Positions 1-10,669 of a stretch of 64,000 nucleotides of DNA are shown piece by piece. Position 1 is the first letter of the stretch. Each line of letters starts with the position of its first letter. Origin of the DNA: Octopus bimaculoides (taxonomy: Eukaryota); assembly GCF_001194135.2 (NCBI RefSeq), contig NC_068997.1:30659189-30723188 (forward strand). The letters run 5' to 3'. The position numbers were made by a program, and so were the translations under genes. The notes under the pieces were generated by a model. It was not told the origin of the DNA, did not search any database, and saw only the letters and a program-made list of their open reading frames with translations.

Positions 1-484
1 AACCCTCATCATTGTAACTGACAGGATACCAATATATGTATTGCATATATTTATTTATTCCTAACCCATAGTGTAGAAATTATCCAGACATCAACCTTTT
101 ACTATTATACAAATCAGTTATGACTAGACACATGCCTGTTTGCAGTTTAACAAATAACAAACATTTGATAAAAAATATAATGAAGTCAGTATATTAAGTT
201 AATTGGAAAAGGAATAAGTCATCAATGCTTCAAGTATCAGCCCTTCTTTTTTAGGTAAAGAAGAGAGAAAATAAGGAAAATACTGTGTGTTATTTCAGGC
301 TATGATGGTAACAGACACAGGAAGTGGGTCGATGGTATATATGAATATTAGTAGAAGGCAGTGGAGAATTATTATTGTTGTTGTTGCTGTTGTTTTCCAC
401 AGCCATCCATGGACGAGGAGTTATACATCACACAAATAGTTTAACAAACCACAAGGTATGAGCCAGAGATTCATCATGCCAGTT

Positions 485-579
485 CTACCATGTCTCAGTT
501 AATCCTAATTCTTTTCTTTCACTTTTCAACTTCCTCCTCAACAACTGATTAATTGTCCCTATGCAGGTAGTTTCTCCCA
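485..579 (-). CDS. Candidate exon X6 (phase 1: GETTCIGTINQLL...W*)
   Basis: Acceptor tttttaatcccag| is conserved with copy 3 (50674), which reads GDNTYKGTVNQI*. No conserved donor. Confidence 0.25.
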
Positions 580-1111
580 CTGGGATTAAAAATTATTTCT
601 GTTTTTCTCCAACTCCTTCCCTCATTTTCCATCCCTCCTCATGCACATTACACACATATTCACTACACGAATCTTACATGAATTTTACACTTAACCTCTC
701 ACACATACATACTGTCTAGGGACACACACCTGACAACACATACCTGTCAACACACACCTTTTGCTTTTTATTCTTTCCTTATTTCTTTTTACTTGAGTTC
801 CACATGGACATCACCAACCCATCTCCACTACTAGAAATCACATATCTACAACCATTTCCTGTATCCATTATCATTATGACTATCTGAAATATGACATGAA
901 TAATCCCCTTCTTAATTAATTTTCTCTCTTCTCTCTCTCTTGAAAGAAATAGTTTTTGCTTCAATCTTTATCTTTTTGATTTCCACTTGGTTTAATTCAC
1001 TGACTTTATTTTATATTTCTCATATTTTTGTTTCTTTGAATTATTTTTGTTGAGGAACACAAAGACCAGGATTTCTCATAAATTGAATTTCATCCTTTAA
1101 TTGTTGCTTAC

Positions 1112-1145
1112 CCTCAACATCTTGGAAAGAAGACAAAACTGGAAT
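1112..1145 (-). CDS. Candidate micro-exon X5, 34 nt (may carry start codon, AAG ATG TTG AGG)
   Basis: ttctgtag| acceptor and |GTAAGC donor. Same length and sites as 52668-52701. Confidence 0.5.
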
Positions 1146-1688
1146 CTACAGAATTGTTAAGGAACAACAAACCTAGACATTTTGATTTTCACCTCAGACT
1201 GCCAAAACACATGGGTTTGATGAAAGCTTTTGAGACTTAATCGTATTTAATATTATATAAGAATTTACATCAATCTGTTCATTATATAGTAGCGAAAGAA
1301 ATTAGTATAAAAAAATCTAACTTCTTTCACCAATAAAAAAAAGACGTGTCTGATTTTTAAAATCAATGAAGCTGTAGTTGTGTTAAGACAGATAAGTGTA
1401 CAGAAATGATGGATTGTTATCTTAAATGCCAATCAAATTTTGCTTTTTTGAGCTCTCTGCTTTATTTTAATTCTTCTACTATTCAAAATACTATTCAAAA
1501 TACTATTCAAAATAATGGGATCAGGTTTGAAAGTTGAGCAATTTACTGTATTTCCAACATATGAAAAAATGTTTTAAGGAAATTAACAATCAACTGATCA
1601 TAAGAGTAATCTCCGTTTTTCGTTTCTTCTTTATTCTTTTTCTTTTTTACATTGTCAACATCCCCAAAAGTTTTTGTTTAGTATTTAC

Positions 1689-1702
1689 TGGGATAATCTC
1701 AA
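1689..1702 (-). CDS. Candidate exon X4 (stop-bearing terminal exon start or 14-nt micro-exon)
   Basis: tttgttcag|TTGAGATTATCCCA|GTAAAT. AG and GTAA are conserved in all three copies. Confidence 0.45.
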
Positions 1703-1800
1703 CTGAACAAAGTTCTTAAATTCACTATACACCTTAGATGAAATCATAATATATATATACTCGTATATTATCAAATATAAGGACATATTTCTTGCATTAC

Positions 1801-1832
1801 ATTTTTGCAAATGCCGTGTCTATTTCAGGTTT
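1801..1832 (-). CDS. Micro-exon X3, 32 nt (frame 0: KPEIDTAFAK)
   Basis: ttttactttcag| acceptor and |GTAATG donor. 32 nt in all three copies. Frame 0 is the only open frame in this copy. Confidence 0.65.
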
Positions 1833-2306
1833 CTGAAAGTAAAAGAAAGAATAGTAAACGTTAGAAGGAATGATGGAGTTCAAACTTCTGACATTAATGA
1901 AACAATACATAGATTAAATTTTTACAACAAATTATACAGAGAAACATAACTGAATACAAAGAGTACAAGTATAAGACATAAATGTAGTCTAGATTATCTG
2001 GTGGAGATAATCCAATAGCTATTAACAGGGATTCATGATTTCTTTTTTCCTTATTTATAGTTTTTAGTGTGGTACACTGGTTTTGATATGGCATTTGAAT
2101 GGGTGAAATCGTCTGGATCAAAATAGTTCCACATGATGATAGCAGTATTTTATTTAATTAATTTAAGCATTTGTGCAAGACTTGACAGAAAATTGCACCT
2201 CCATCCATGGTAAATATTTTACAACCAATATTCTAAACAACCTCTCTCACAGACAGCTAATTTTTGGAACTGGAACAAATAATTCCATAAGATTTCTGCA
2301 TAATCC

Positions 2307-2357
2307 TCACAAGAACAGAGAGGTGATTCCATATGTCATATTCATGAGAGAATATAG
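2307..2357 (-). CDS. Candidate alternative terminal exon X2 (phase 0: LYSLMNMTYGITSLFL*)
   Basis: Acceptor tttctttaag|CTATATTC is conserved in three copies. Downstream AATAAA at 2149-2154 is also conserved. Confidence 0.35.
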   Translation of the reverse strand, partial: LYSLMNMTYGITSLFL

Positions 2358-2399
2358 CTTAAAGAAATATGGCACATACAAAGCCAACGAAGCCCGTGT

Positions 2400-3560
2400 A
2401 CGTTAGGCTCATGTGCTCCATATTACGTTCTGTTCCAGTGCATCTGGTACACATGGAGCTTCCTTTCTCCATTAGTCTGCCTCTGATTCCACTACACATT
2501 TTATGTCCATAGCTTACAAAGAGTACAACATATAAATTTTGTATATCTCTTCCTTATCTGCATATTGGGCCAAGTCATTTCCATGAAGATAGCAGTGCTC
2601 CCATTTTCTCTCTTATTACTAAAATCTTAGGTTTTGTTAAGTTTGCTTAAGATATTAATTCTAGGTCATTAGCTTCCATGCCTAGAATTTGCTCTCTAAT
2701 TCCACTATAGATTCAGCAATGCAAACTAAACCATCGGTGTACATAAGTTTCAAGTGATTGACAGTCTTAAAGTCTTAAACTCCTCTGTGGTTTCCAATTG
2801 GACTATGATGAATAGAAGAGGATTGATGATTGAAACTTAACAGTAAATCCTTCACTGACTTTGCTGTTGCTTCTCATTTTACTTAGTGCTTCTATATATA
2901 TACAACCTGTACAACACTCATAAGCAATTCATTGACACCTAGTTTCCTAAGTGACAACTAAATTACTGAATATGGTATCATTCAGAACAGCTCCGCCAAC
3001 ACAATAAATATCAGGAATACTAGTTTACTCTTAACCGAGTATTTCTCCTGCAGTTGCCTCCCTAGAAAGATTGCATCCATCATACCTCTTCTAAGAATGG
3101 TGACAAATTTCATTACATCTATGTTTACTCTATCATAGATCAATGGTGCTATGGCTCAATCTGAGACCTTCATAACCTGATCCAGCAGTTTGTTTCCTCT
3201 ATAATTTCTGCCGCCCAAGGCATCTCCTTAGTTTTTGTAGCACTGTATGATGATACTGTTATTCCAGCCATTAGGTATGACACTTTCCTATATGACTTGA
3301 CTGTCTCTTCTGGTCATAATTAAGTGTCTTTCTACACTGGATATTTTGAGCTTATCTCTATAACTATTTCTCACTGAGCAACATTTCCTCCTCTTCAAGT
3401 CTTTACTTGCTTTGTCCCCCCATGACACTCTCAACTTAAATTCCTGGTCCTTGTCTAGTGTCACTATGAAGCAGTTTCTCTTTATTCCATGCATTCCCCT
3501 CATTCAGCTGTCACTCATGAACTCATTTCCAAGCCAGAAATATGTATATCAATTTTATCA
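2400..3560 (-). mobile_element. Decayed RTE LINE RT region
   Basis: Reverse complement matches the YKGKGDALG/NYxGIKLLDQVMK region of the RTE ORF at 46576-47217. Many stops. Confidence 0.75.
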
Positions 3561-4059
3561 TCATCATCGTTTTCCTCATCGTAGTCGTCGTCATCATCAT
3601 TATCTAATATCCAGGTCTCATGCTGTCATGGATTGGATGCTTTGACAAGATTAGACTGTATCATACTCCAATATATGTATTCGCATTGTTTCTATGATTG
3701 GATTCCAATCCTAAAACCAAACAATTTAGCATGTACTGCATGCGGTTTGTGTACCACTGAGCATTAATGGGTCACCATATAGCCTGCAAGACAAAGTAAA
3801 CCCAGAGGGATCGGGGGTTAGAGTATGAGAGGAGGGCAGGTAGGTTCTTGTAGAATAGATGAATGGTCATGCATATTTAGTAGGGAATAGAGAGAATGAT
3901 CAGAAGGAGCTGTGAAGAAATAAATAGGAGATGAGGTGCCTGGGTGGCCCCACAAGTCCCAAGGTATGCATAAGTAGGTGAATGGAGATTGTATTTGATT
4001 GTAGGAGTAGAAAATGAAGGGAAGAGATGGCAACCTGTAAAATAAGTTGGACTGAGTTA

Positions 4060-4730
4060 ACTGATGTGTCATGAAATTAGGGAGATTGTGAAAGAGAGGA
4101 GATGGTGGGGCAGGTGATATTTGGCTGGGAGGAGAGATTGGTGTAATGCATGGTGAGACTTAGAGGGGACAGAGGGATTAATCAATGTAAGAGCGCATAA
4201 ACACTTTAAGCAGTTTGGTACTTCTTTATACACCTCTCCTTGTCCATACACATCCCATGACTTAAACCATTGCAGTTTCCTTTATTGAACATTAAATTGG
4301 ATTCCTCTTCTGCCTAACTTTCCTATCAACACATTTGCACTTTGTCATTCATGCACACAAATGCTGCATATTCACTGGAGTATTTCATTTCTCTCCAGTC
4401 ATCACTTATCCTCTGCATGCAGAGCCTACATCTCACAACAATGTACCATAACTGTTTGTACACAAGCATCATGCAAATCATACAGTCTTATTTGCAGTCT
4501 TCAAGAGAGAATTTTTGTTTCCAGCATTGATACTAGCTCTCCAAACTTTCTCCATCCAACTCTTATTGTAGCAACTATAATTTCAAAACATCCTCCTCTA
4601 CTGCCAATTTGGTTTCCTAAGGAATATAAACAATCTACAATCTGATATCCATGTGTCTTTAGTGTTTATCACTCCAGGGCATGTTCCAAATACAAAGACT
4701 ACTTTCTCCCTTAACCTACTTGTGATTCTA
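4060..4730 (-). mobile_element. Decayed RTE LINE C-terminal fragment
   Basis: Reverse complement resembles the RTE C-terminal region at 47850-48100 and 8665-8920. Confidence 0.55.
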
Positions 4731-4759
4731 CTAAACATTTTATGTGTTTATTCTCTCCA

Positions 4760-5190
4760 GCGCCACCGTGAGTGATACATCATTTAAACGATGTGGAGAA
4801 TATACGACCTCAACATTAGCTGCAAAATTCATTCAAGGCTACGACAACAGGCCATACGTCTCCTACCCAATTCAGGATCACAACAGATAAATACACTGCA
4901 ACACAATTTCTTTTTTTCTCAACAGGCTCTGTCTTATTTAACATTGTCCTGAAACAGATGAAGGAGGAAAAGAATCCCATCACCTTTAAACGGAATCTGG
5001 ACAAATTTCTTCAAGGAATACCAGAGAAGCTACCTATACCTAAATACAATTCATTCAAAAAGAACTCCATACCCGAATGGACCATGGTACCACAAAACTT
5101 AACTTAGAAAGGATTTAGATAATCCTATCAGGTGGTGCCATTTAGACATGGCCAGGACCAATCTTTAGTTGAAATATATCTAAGTTATCT
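4760..5190 (+). mobile_element. CR1-like LINE 3' end
   Basis: Inverted homolog of 10670-11110, including the 3'UTR gataatcctatcaggtggtgc. Confidence 0.8.
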
Positions 5191-5390
5191 ATAGATTGCA
5201 CTCCTCCTCCTCCTCCTCATTATCATCATCATCGTCTTAGTCATTTAACATCCACTTTCCATGTTGGCACAGTTTGGATGGAAAAATGGCTAACTTGGCT
5301 GAAGCAGCCAGTGTTCCTTCGCTCTATTTAGACATTAACTTCCCTGCATTGCCGCACAATGGAGGGAAGAGAGAAAACATCATATCACAT

Positions 5391-5395
5391 TCACA

Positions 5396-5439
<44 letters not shown>
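5391..5439. repeat. (CA)n microsatellite
   Basis: Seen directly. Confidence 0.95.
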
Positions 5440-5440
<1 letters not shown>

Positions 5441-5459
5441 TTGAACAGCGTCAACACAC

Positions 5460-6290
5460 ATATTAATAAAAAAACAATTATATACAAGACAATCAATTTA
5501 AAAACGAGAAAACCTGAAAACAAATCAACAAATAATCGAAAAATGTTTAAGGCCCATATGGTCACATAAAAAATACATCACAAGGGACAAAATATTTGCC
5601 ATAGTCAAAGTCAGGTTTTACTCAGAAGAGCAAACCAAAGTCTTTCCTACAGAATCACTTTAGTCTGAAGAAATACTAATGATCTCTGTGTACTTAGGGT
5701 GTAGGGTCACAAAAATAAAAATCAAGTATGTGCCACCTGAAATTGAAGCACGATGGCTGGCGTCAACCATCTGCTACAATTTTGTAGATGTTACTAACAT
5801 CTTGGAAATTGCTGTCCTAGATCAATGGAACTGAACAGGCCAGTCTTTCGAAATCTTGATTCAAGCAAATCAAGATACAGTTAAAAATATAGCAGATTTG
5901 ATAAAACTGCCAGACGGTACCAAATTACATGTCGTAGTCGAAGACAGAAAATCACGCTGCCACCTCTATGGCAGCAAAAACCACTTAAAAGTTGGTTGCC
6001 CAAAATACAAGGAGCAACAGCAACAAAAACAACAAGAAGAAAACAACAAAAAAAGAAAAAACAGCATTGCTACCCACACCGCCATATGCACAACTGCTAA
6101 ATCATCTCTACCAAGAAATGAAAGAGCATCAGCAACTACCAAGCCAGCCCAACCAAATGACACCCCCATCAGTACCACTAAGAACAGAAACAACACCATC
6201 ACCACTAACAACAACAACAATAACAACAACTATAGAAGCACCAAACCAAGAAGAGAAAAACAAAAGGACTCATACCCCATCTAATAATCT
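5460..6290 (+). mobile_element. Tx1-clade LINE ORF1 fragment
   Basis: Homologous to 33330-34150. Degenerate zinc knuckle RKSRCHLYGSKNHLKVGCP followed by a Q/T-rich tract. Confidence 0.75.
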
Positions 6291-6304
6291 AATGGTATGA
6301 CTTT

Positions 6305-6394
6305 TCTACTCCTCTGATGAGATTTTGTCCAATACAATGATTTCATAATTGTAATGTAATCTTTGGGCAAAATTGAAACAGTTGTAAGTGAATA
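6305..6394 (+). ncRNA. Type I hammerhead ribozyme motif (Penelope pLTR remnant)
   Basis: CTGATGA 6314-6320; stem II attttgtcca/tgggcaaaat; GAAAC 6375-6379; AGTT loop; GTA 6384-6386; AATAAA follows. Stem I is imperfect. Confidence 0.6.
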
Positions 6395-6494
6395 TGTTGG
6401 ATTTTTACAGTTAATAAATTATATTAATGCTACATCTCCATTTTTGAATTTTACCTTGAATATATATATATAGAGAGAGAGATAGAGAGAGAGG

Positions 6495-6935
6495 CATTTA
6501 AGACAGGATGCCTCTAGGAGCACATCTATGCTGATGACCTTGCTCTAATTGCTGAGTCACTATCAGAACTAGAGGAAAAATCTCAGGTGTGGAAGCAAGG
6601 ATTAGAATCGAAGGGCCTTAGAGTCAACCTAACTAAAACCAAAGTCTTAATATGTAGGAAGGCAGACAAACCACAAATCCCTTCAGGTAGATGGCCTTGC
6701 TCGATCTGTAGAAAAGGCGTAGGTGGAGACTCTATAAGATGTACCCAGTGCAAGCTATGGAAACATAAGTGCAGCAATATCAAAGGAAGAATAACTGGGA
6801 AGATAGAGATTATTATGAATGTATGCGGGAAGCCACTCGAATTGGTTGAGGACTTCCTGTATCTGGGAGCAAAGATTGGGAACACAGAAGGTGGTATAGT
6901 GGAGAGAAAAAGCAAAGCTTGGGCAGCAGTTTGAG
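6495..6935 (+). mobile_element. RTE RT fragment with YADD and a Cys-rich (PHD-like) insert
   Basis: IYADDLALIAES; WPCSICRKGVGGDSIRCTQCKLWKHKC; LVEDFLYLG. Confidence 0.85.
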
Positions 6936-6979
6936 AAGTCACTTTTATTTATGACATCGTTTGTGCGTTTGTACTGGTT

Positions 6980-7230
6980 TTAGCTTCAGGGTTTTAGGGT
7001 TCGGGTTAGGGTTCGGGGGTTAGGGTTCTGGTTTTAGAGTTAGGGTTCGGGTTTTAGGCTTAGGGAGAAGGTTTTAGAGTTAGGATTAGGGTTTTAGGCT
7101 TAGGGAGAAGGTTTTAGAGTTAGGATTAGGGTTGGGTTAGGATTAGGGTGTTAGGGTTAGAGTTTTAGGGTTAGGATTTTAGGGTTAGGGTTTTAGGGTT
7201 AGGGCTAGGATTTTAGGCTTAGAGTTACGG
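6980..7230 (+). repeat. Degenerate telomere-like (TTAGGG)n tract
   Basis: TTAGGG with variants TTCGGG, TTAGAG, TTAGGA, TTTTAGGG. Confidence 0.85.
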
Positions 7231-7479
7231 GAAAATGTGAAAAATGAAGAAATTAGAGGGGGAGGAGGGCAAAAATGTCTTTCCGAAAATAGTAGCTGAA
7301 AAACAGGAAAAAAAAACTAAAACTAGTAGAAATGCATGAACGATTCTGGTGGTGCCATGAAGTAAACATGCTTCAGATACACTCGTTTATTCATACAAAC
7401 GTAACTGAGATGAAATATGTCATAAATAACAGTGACAAAGGAAATATATACCACCGGAAGTTGTTGTTGACAAACAACA

Positions 7480-7690
7480 GTAGTAATTTTATTCAGCTGA
7501 ATGCACGTCATTGATTGGCTGAAATTACCGAAATACGACAATTTTAACACGAAATAACTTTGAAAATACAAATTTTTCTCAACAGCACTAAGAGTAAAAG
7601 ATGTTTTATATGACACATTCTACCATTGTCCGAAGTTTGAAAGTGTTTAGTTACAAAAAATTAATTTCTCGATGTGTCGTTCAAAGGGTA
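7480..7690 (+). mobile_element. Non-autonomous dispersed repeat, possibly Helitron-like; second copy near 22725-22860
   Basis: Shared core cagctgaat..gattgg(c/t)tgaaatta.cgaaata.gacaatttt..gaagtttgaaagt. Confidence 0.5.
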
Positions 7691-7929
7691 AAGATCCATG
7701 ATTATTCCTTTAGTCTTTTCCGGATATTTTCCTGGCAGCAGCTTTACATTTATTATCGATTTATATTTTACAATCTTTTTCTCTATTTCTGTACTGTTGG
7801 TATACGTGACCAAATATGCCACGTTCATCTCTTCCTTTTCACTTCTGCTTGCTTCGGCTCCCGCCCTGATCTGTCCGGGCGTGCAGAAACATCATAACCA
7901 ATATCACGCTAAATTTCAATGAGTAACAT

Positions 7930-8160
7930 ACTTGTCAAAGGAAGACGCACGTGTATTTGTTTATGTTTCTGAAAAAGATCGCCGCTTTACGTAAAGATCT
8001 TTTTATTTTTTTATATATGTGGGGTAAGGGGAAAGGGGATCGTTTGAAGTCGGCGTAAAAGCGAAAGAGACAGAGAGAGCACGATTGGATCTGAGAAGTT
8101 CTTATGAAGTTGGCGTGCCGTGTAAGTGTGTTTGATGGGATGTGCGAGACGGAAAGTGTG
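7930..8160 (-). repeat. Microsatellite-associated non-autonomous repeat; inverted copy at 10330-10540, related end at 29830-29990
   Basis: Reverse complement aligns to 10365-10530 (cacgccaacttca...ccgacttcaaa.gatcccctttcc). Confidence 0.7.
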
Positions 8161-8401
8161 ATGTGTATGTGAAGTTCTTTTGTTAGTGTGCGAGAAGAGA
8201 CAGAGAGAGTAATGTTGCTGGTGTATTTGTATGTGAGAGAGAAAGAAAGAGAGAAAACTGAAATTTTTATATTCACTGTTTGTAGTGAGTGAATGTGTGA
8301 GTGATTGACAGAGTAAAAAAAGAGAGAGAGAGAGAGGTTATGTATATATGTATGAATGGCTTCANNNNNNNNNNATGTATATATGTATGAATGGCTTCAG
8401 T

Positions 8402-8437
<36 letters not shown>

Positions 8438-8664
8438 TACACAAAACATACGTACACCTATTGCATTCATGTTTTTTGTACGCAAACATGTTCATGTGCG
8501 TGTGTATTTACTTTTTTAAGTGAGTGAACATGTGAGTGATTGACAGAGAAAAAGAGCGAGAGAGGTTATGTATGTATGTGTGTGAATGGCTTCATACACA
8601 CACACATACACACACACACACACAAACACATACCTACGTACACCTATTGCATACATTTTTTTGT

Positions 8665-9480
8665 ACGTATGCATGTGCAAGGAAGGAATGAAGCCAGTAT
8701 GCTCCGCTGGATGTGTAATGTCAGTGTACATACACGACAGAGTGTAAGCGCCCTGAGAGAAAAGTTGGACTTAAGAAGCATCAGATGTGGTGTGCAAGAG
8801 AGACAACTGCGTTGGTATGGACATGTGTTGCGAATGGATGAGGACAGCTGTGTGAAAAAGTGTCATAACCTAGCAGTTGAGGGATCCTGTGAAAGAGGTA
8901 GACCCAAGAAGACCTAAGATGAGGTGGTAAAGCACGACCTTCGAACATTGGGCTTCACATTGGGCTGTGCTTGAGAAAACCCGGTAAGCCAAGTGAGACC
9001 ATAAGTCGTGGCCTATGATAGTGGTGTGCAACCAGCCCACTTATGTGTACCTTTCATTCATTGGAGTATAAACTTTCTTTGCGAAGACCTATTGAGGCAA
9101 GTGAAATCAAAATCACTGACGTGGCTGATGACTTCCACATGATTGGCACCCGGGCCAGTGGAATGTTAAAAACACCATCCAAGCGAGATCGTTTCCAGGG
9201 CCGCTGCCTGGCTCCTGTGCCGGTGGCACGTAAAAAGAACCATTCAAGTGTGATCTTTGCCAGCGTCGCCTTACTGGCACCTGTGCCGGTGGCACATGAA
9301 GAACAAGAGTCGAGCGTGGTCGTTGTCAGTGCTACCTGACTAGCCCTCGTGCCAGTGGAACATAAAAAGCACCCACTACACTCTCAGAGTGGTTGGTGTT
9401 AGGAAGGGCATCCAGCTGTAGAAACCTCCAGATCAGATTGGAGACTGGAAAGTGGACGTTAAATGACGATGATGATTATA
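8665..9480 (+). mobile_element. RTE LINE 3' end with hairpin-repeat 3'UTR and (GAT)n tail
   Basis: RNEASMLRWMCNV...RQLRWYGHVLRM...RGRPKKT; repeated GTGCCGGTGGCAC units; tail acgttaaatgacgatgatgat. Confidence 0.9.
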
Positions 9481-9619
9481 TGTATACANNNNNNNNNNNN
9501 NNNNNNNNNNNNNNNNNNNNNNNNNNNNNNNNNNNNNNNNNNNNNNNNNNNNNNNNNNNNNNNNNNNNNNNNNNNTATATATATATATTATATGTGGAAA
9601 TATATATATATATATATAT

Positions 9620-9830
9620 ATGGGAGAATTTACGAAAAAAACAACAGACGAAGACAGGTGGTGTAAACAACAAATGGATGTATTAGTTTAACGCTCGGGA
9701 ATAGAGAAAGTCTTTGACGTTTTGAGCTACGCTCTTCACCTGAAAGGAATACAGAAAAAATTAAGGAGAGAAAGAAGGAGAAAAAAATAAATGTAGCGGT
9801 CAGCGATCTATACATAATAAATACACACAC
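9620..9830 (-). mobile_element. Penelope-type pLTR remnant
   Basis: Minus strand has tgaagagcgtagctcaaaacgtc, resembling a decayed PLE hammerhead motif. Confidence 0.45.
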
Positions 9831-9839
9831 ACATGTCCA

Positions 9840-10205
9840 TTTCTTATATCTTTCAATTTCTGCTCTCTGAAAATAAAATTTTTACGGATAAAACTGCTTA
9901 CAAAAATTGCGATTAAGGTATAATTTATTTCTATGTTCATAATTAAATAAATCTTTTAATGATTAGACATACATCCAATAGAATAGCTCTCACAAACAGA
10001 CTATGTACAAATTCTTTCTTCACAACTCCTGAAGCCATTTTCTGACAGGAGGGGGGGGGGAAATCTTCATACAGCTGGAGGCTCCAATCGAAACGGGACA
10101 CGAAATGATCAGGTTGAGAAACGCTCTTATAGATTATGTCTAACCGAAAACAATCACAGCCACATCATCCAAACAGACCGGGTGAAACCGAGTTTAGCTG
10201 CTAGT
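9840..10205 (+). mobile_element. Helitron 3' terminus
   Basis: Imperfect hairpin accgggtgaaaccgagt at 10177-10193 followed by CTAG|T at 10201-10205. Confidence 0.6.
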
Positions 10206-10669
10206 ATACATATATATATGTACATCTATAAATAAATGTGTGTGTGTGCGTATGTGTGTATAAATATATATTTATGTATGTATAAATATGCACACACACA
10301 TACACGCACACACATACACACACACACATACACGCACGCACATACACACATCAATACTTCCGCTTCACGCCAACTTCAATAAACTTCCCTGATCCAACCG
10401 AGCTCTCTCTCTATCTCCTTCGCTTTCACACCGACTTCAAAAGATCCCCTTTCCTCACAACCCCATATGTAAAAAAATACATTTTTTTACGGAAACCAAC
10501 GATCATCTTCACAAATGTAAATAAACACACCTGCTTTATAAGTGACAGTCGTGTGACTAGTATCGTAAGATCGCAAAAAAAAAGAGTAATCCAGTTTTGA
10601 AGGAAAACATGCACTGTTACGTGCAGTATGCCTCTCTTTCTGGCTGGATGGCCTCATATAAAACTTGGA

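Larger units (their letters stand above)
1..2400 (-). repeat. Tandem segmental unit, copy 1 (host DNA with micro-exon candidates)
   Basis: Aligns by eye with 48950-49476, 50590-50780, 52594-53135 and 55525-56700 (copy 3) and with 38880-40100 (copy 2). Roughly 70-80% identity. Confidence 0.85.

Noticed and set aside
401-453. Plus-strand exon candidate (ttttccacag| ... |gtatga)
   Set aside because: Donor lost and in-frame TGA in copy 3.
1331-1371. Candidate exon with GTGAAA donor
   Set aside because: 41 nt versus 36 nt in copy 2, acceptor lost and Chapaev-interrupted in copy 3, weak donor.
1921-2000. Signal-peptide-like LVLFVFSYV / VVLFIFSNV frame upstream of X3
   Set aside because: No in-frame ATG (conserved TAA upstream), lengths differ by non-multiples of three among copies, the intron would be only 58-60 nt in two copies, and T-rich DNA gives such peptides by chance.
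9120-9380. CRISPR-like array of GTGCCGGTGGCAC hairpin repeats with spacers (also 44870-45150)
   Set aside because: It is the 3'UTR of a eukaryotic RTE LINE. Spacers are related to each other and there are no cas genes.
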